Shown piece after piece: positions 61,961-64,000 of a stretch of DNA of 64,000 bases (the first letter of the stretch is position 1; each line of letters begins with the position of its first letter). Position numbers and translations under genes: made by a program. The stretch is taken from assembly GCA_964397045.1 (NCBI GenBank), contig CAYNHF010000047.1, positions 10,885 to 74,884 on the forward strand, read 5' to 3'. The notes below the pieces were generated by a model. The model was not told the origin of the DNA, searched no databases, and saw only the letters and a program-made list of their open reading frames with translations. The DNA comes from an uncultured Acidimicrobiaceae bacterium. Lineage in GTDB: Bacteria; Actinomycetota; Acidimicrobiia; Spongiisociales; UBA5794.

Positions 61961-63733
61961 TCACGCAAGGCCGCGACGCCAGATCTCGACGAGTTCCCGA
62001 TAGGCGGGTGACCCGGCCACGAGCTCTTCGTGGGTGCCCTCTGCAGTGATCCGACCTGCGTCCACCATCAGCACCCGGTCGGCTCGCTCGGCGCTGCGCA
62101 GTCGATGGGCGATCACCACTGCGGTGCGCCCCGCCAGCAGCACCCGGAGGGCACCCTCTACGTTGACCTCGGTCTCAGGATCGAGATTGGAGGTCGCCTC
62201 ATCCAGGACGATCACCGTTGGATCGACCAGGAAGGCTCGCCCGAGCGATACCAACTGCCGCTCGCCCGCCGAGAAGCGGCTCCCGCGTTCACGTACCTTG
62301 GTATCGAACTGATCGGGCAACGACCGCACCCAGTCATCGATACCCATGGCGCGGCACACATCCCAGATCGCCGCGTCGGGGGCGTCGGGGCGCCCGTATC
62401 GAAAGTTGTCTCGCAGCGTGCCGTTGAAGAGGAAGTCGTCCTGCGGAATCAACGTGATCACGGTGGTGCGGGACGCCTTGGTGATATCTCGCAGATCGTT
62501 GCCGTCGAGGCTGACCTGACCCTGCGTCGGATCGTAGAAACGCAGCAACAGCTTGGCAATCGTCGATTTCCCTGCCCCGGTTTCGCCGACGATGGCGACC
62601 CGGGACCCGGGAACCACGTCGAAATCGACCGCCTCCAGCACCGGGCTTTCCGTCTTGTAGGCGAAGCCGACGTCACGGAAGGCGAGTTCGCCGGATGAGT
62701 CCGACAGGTCGTATGCCCCGGGCCGCTCCCGAACGGTCGGCTTGGTATCGAGCAGGTCGAAGAGCTTGGCAAGCGCCGCGAGGGATGCTTGCAGCAGGTT
62801 GTAGACGTTCGCCAGATTGATGATCGGCTGGAAGAACCAGTCGAGCAGCATGAGGAACGCCACCAGCGACCCGAAGGTCATCTCCCCCTCGATCACCCAA
62901 CGTCCACCGATCAACAGGACCAGCCCGAAACCGAGAGCACGCAGAAAGGCGACGGCGGGGAAGTACCAGGAGATGGCACGAGCGGCCTGCATGTTCGCTT
63001 CGAAGAATCGCTCGTTGACCCTGCCGAAGGTGCCGGCTTGCGCATCCTCCTGCCCGAATGCCTGGACAACCCTGACTCCCGCAATGCCTTCCTGCAGCGT
63101 GGCGAGGACCCTGCCTACACGTTCCCGGATGTTCGCATATGCCTTGGAAGCCTGCTTCTGGAACAACACCGAAATCAGCACCAATACGCCGATGACACCG
63201 AACATGATCACCGCCAACCGCCAGTCGACGAAGAGCATCACGATCGAGACGCCGATGATGGTCAAGAAGTTGGTCAGCGCCATGACCGCCCCCTCGTTGA
63301 CGAACTCAGTCATCGACTCGATATCCGAGGTCATCCTGGAGACGAGGACGCCGGCCTTGGAGCGATCGAAGAAGGCCATGTCCAGCGAGAGCAGGTGCGA
63401 AAACACCTTGCCCCGCAGGTCACGCAGGAACTGCTCGCCGACCCAAGCAACGGCTCGCTGTGCAACGCGCTGTGTCAGGTATTGGACCCCGAGCAGCACG
63501 ATGTAGGCAATCGCCGCCCGGGTCACCACCTCTTTGCTCTGCGCCAGGATCCCGTCGTCGATCCCCGTCCGCACGATGAGGGGACCCAACAGCCGCGAAG
63601 TTGTTGCCAGTATGGTTGTGAGGAATGCACCGATCGCGGGCCACAACAGGTGCCGGCTCATACGGCCGGCGCGCCGCAACAGTCTGCCCGGTTCCTCGAT
63701 CTCGTAGTCACCGCCGTGGCGGGCATATTTCAT
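61961..63733 (-). CDS. ABC transporter permease/ATP-binding protein (exporter, heterodimer partner 2)
   Basis: Six TM helices plus NBD (GETGAGKST, LSAGERQ, VLDEATS). Its ATG overlaps the upstream partner's stop. Confidence 0.85.
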   Translation of the reverse strand: MKYARHGGDYEIEEPGRLLRRAGRMSRHLLWPAIGAFLTTILATTSRLLGPLIVRTGIDDGILAQSKEVVTRAAIAYIVLLGVQYLTQRVAQRAVAWVGEQFLRDLRGKVFSHLLSLDMAFFDRSKAGVLVSRMTSDIESMTEFVNEGAVMALTNFLTIIGVSIVMLFVDWRLAVIMFGVIGVLVLISVLFQKQASKAYANIRERVGRVLATLQEGIAGVRVVQAFGQEDAQAGTFGRVNERFFEANMQAARAISWYFPAVAFLRALGFGLVLLIGGRWVIEGEMTFGSLVAFLMLLDWFFQPIINLANVYNLLQASLAALAKLFDLLDTKPTVRERPGAYDLSDSSGELAFRDVGFAYKTESPVLEAVDFDVVPGSRVAIVGETGAGKSTIAKLLLRFYDPTQGQVSLDGNDLRDITKASRTTVITLIPQDDFLFNGTLRDNFRYGRPDAPDAAIWDVCRAMGIDDWVRSLPDQFDTKVRERGSRFSAGERQLVSLGRAFLVDPTVIVLDEATSNLDPETEVNVEGALRVLLAGRTAVVIAHRLRSAERADRVLMVDAGRITAEGTHEELVAGSPAYRELVEIWRRGLA

Positions 63734-64000
63734 GACGCCCCCACCGGTTCCGGTCCTGGCACCTCGAAGTCGTCACGCGCCAGCACCTCGCCGTAACGAG
63801 GAACCGTGTCGAGCAGTTCCTCGTGAGTTCCAACCGCCACTACCCGGCCGTCGTCGATGAATGCCACCTGGTCCACCAATGCCAGCGTCGACGTGCGGTG
63901 GGCGATGATGATGGTGGTGCGTCCTTCCATGACTCGACGCAGGGCCGCCTGAATCTCCGCTTCGACCTTGGCGTCCACCGAGGAAGTGGCATCATCGAGA
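63730..64000 (-). CDS. ABC transporter permease/ATP-binding protein, C-terminal fragment (heterodimer partner 1). The 5' part lies beyond the window end
   Basis: NBD C-terminal motifs (TTIIIAHRTSTL, H-loop). The reading frame stays open to position 64000. Confidence 0.75.
   Translation of the reverse strand, partial: LDDATSSVDAKVEAEIQAALRRVMEGRTTIIIAHRTSTLALVDQVAFIDDGRVVAVGTHEELLDTVPRYGEVLARDDFEVPGPEPVGAS

Overview
This is a high-GC (~68-70%) actinobacterial chromosomal window. The assignment rests on F420-type LLM oxidoreductases, NucS, CobB-like sirtuins, MoeZ-like E1 and the lpd-sucB-lipB-lipA-pepA synteny. It is densely coding with about 60 genes. Most junctions overlap by 4 nt (ATGA, GTGA or TTGA) and many genes use GTG or TTG starts. 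There are no tRNA or rRNA genes, CRISPR arrays or transposases or integrases.

Most of the content is housekeeping:
- a Tat-exported molybdopterin oxidoreductase (3' end off-window) with a perfect CRP-type site upstream
- a class A PBP with a PASTA domain
- the lpdA-sucB operon followed by an in-frame lipB-lipA fusion
- transketolase, pepA and pepP
- a PduO-type adenosyltransferase and an MCM-like mutase catalytic subunit
- a DsbB/TlpA thiol-disulfide pair
- aspA and glutamate synthase large subunit (gltB)
- NucS, a family-4 UDG and a group-2 sigma factor
- two sirtuins and ABC exporters.

The most unusual locus is an orphan FkbH-type cassette at 45138-49661 on the minus strand. It reads 3-hydroxyacyl-CoA dehydrogenase, carrier protein, acyl-CoA dehydrogenase, FkbH-like HAD loader. 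This matches the glyceryl/hydroxymalonyl-ACP pathway of methoxymalonyl and zwittermicin-type extender-unit biosynthesis. It is translationally coupled to a double-GNAT/FemAB-like transferase and sits next to a solitary IspD-family cytidylyltransferase. There is no PKS or NRPS anywhere in the window. I propose it is a carrier-protein-dependent acylation system with an unknown acceptor.

The second notable feature is a fragmented SUF Fe-S machinery spread over three loci. These are sufC-sufS, then a reversed PaaI thioesterase, then sufU; a divergent sufD-Rieske-sufC paralog module; and a solitary sufB next to gltB, which has no gltD partner.
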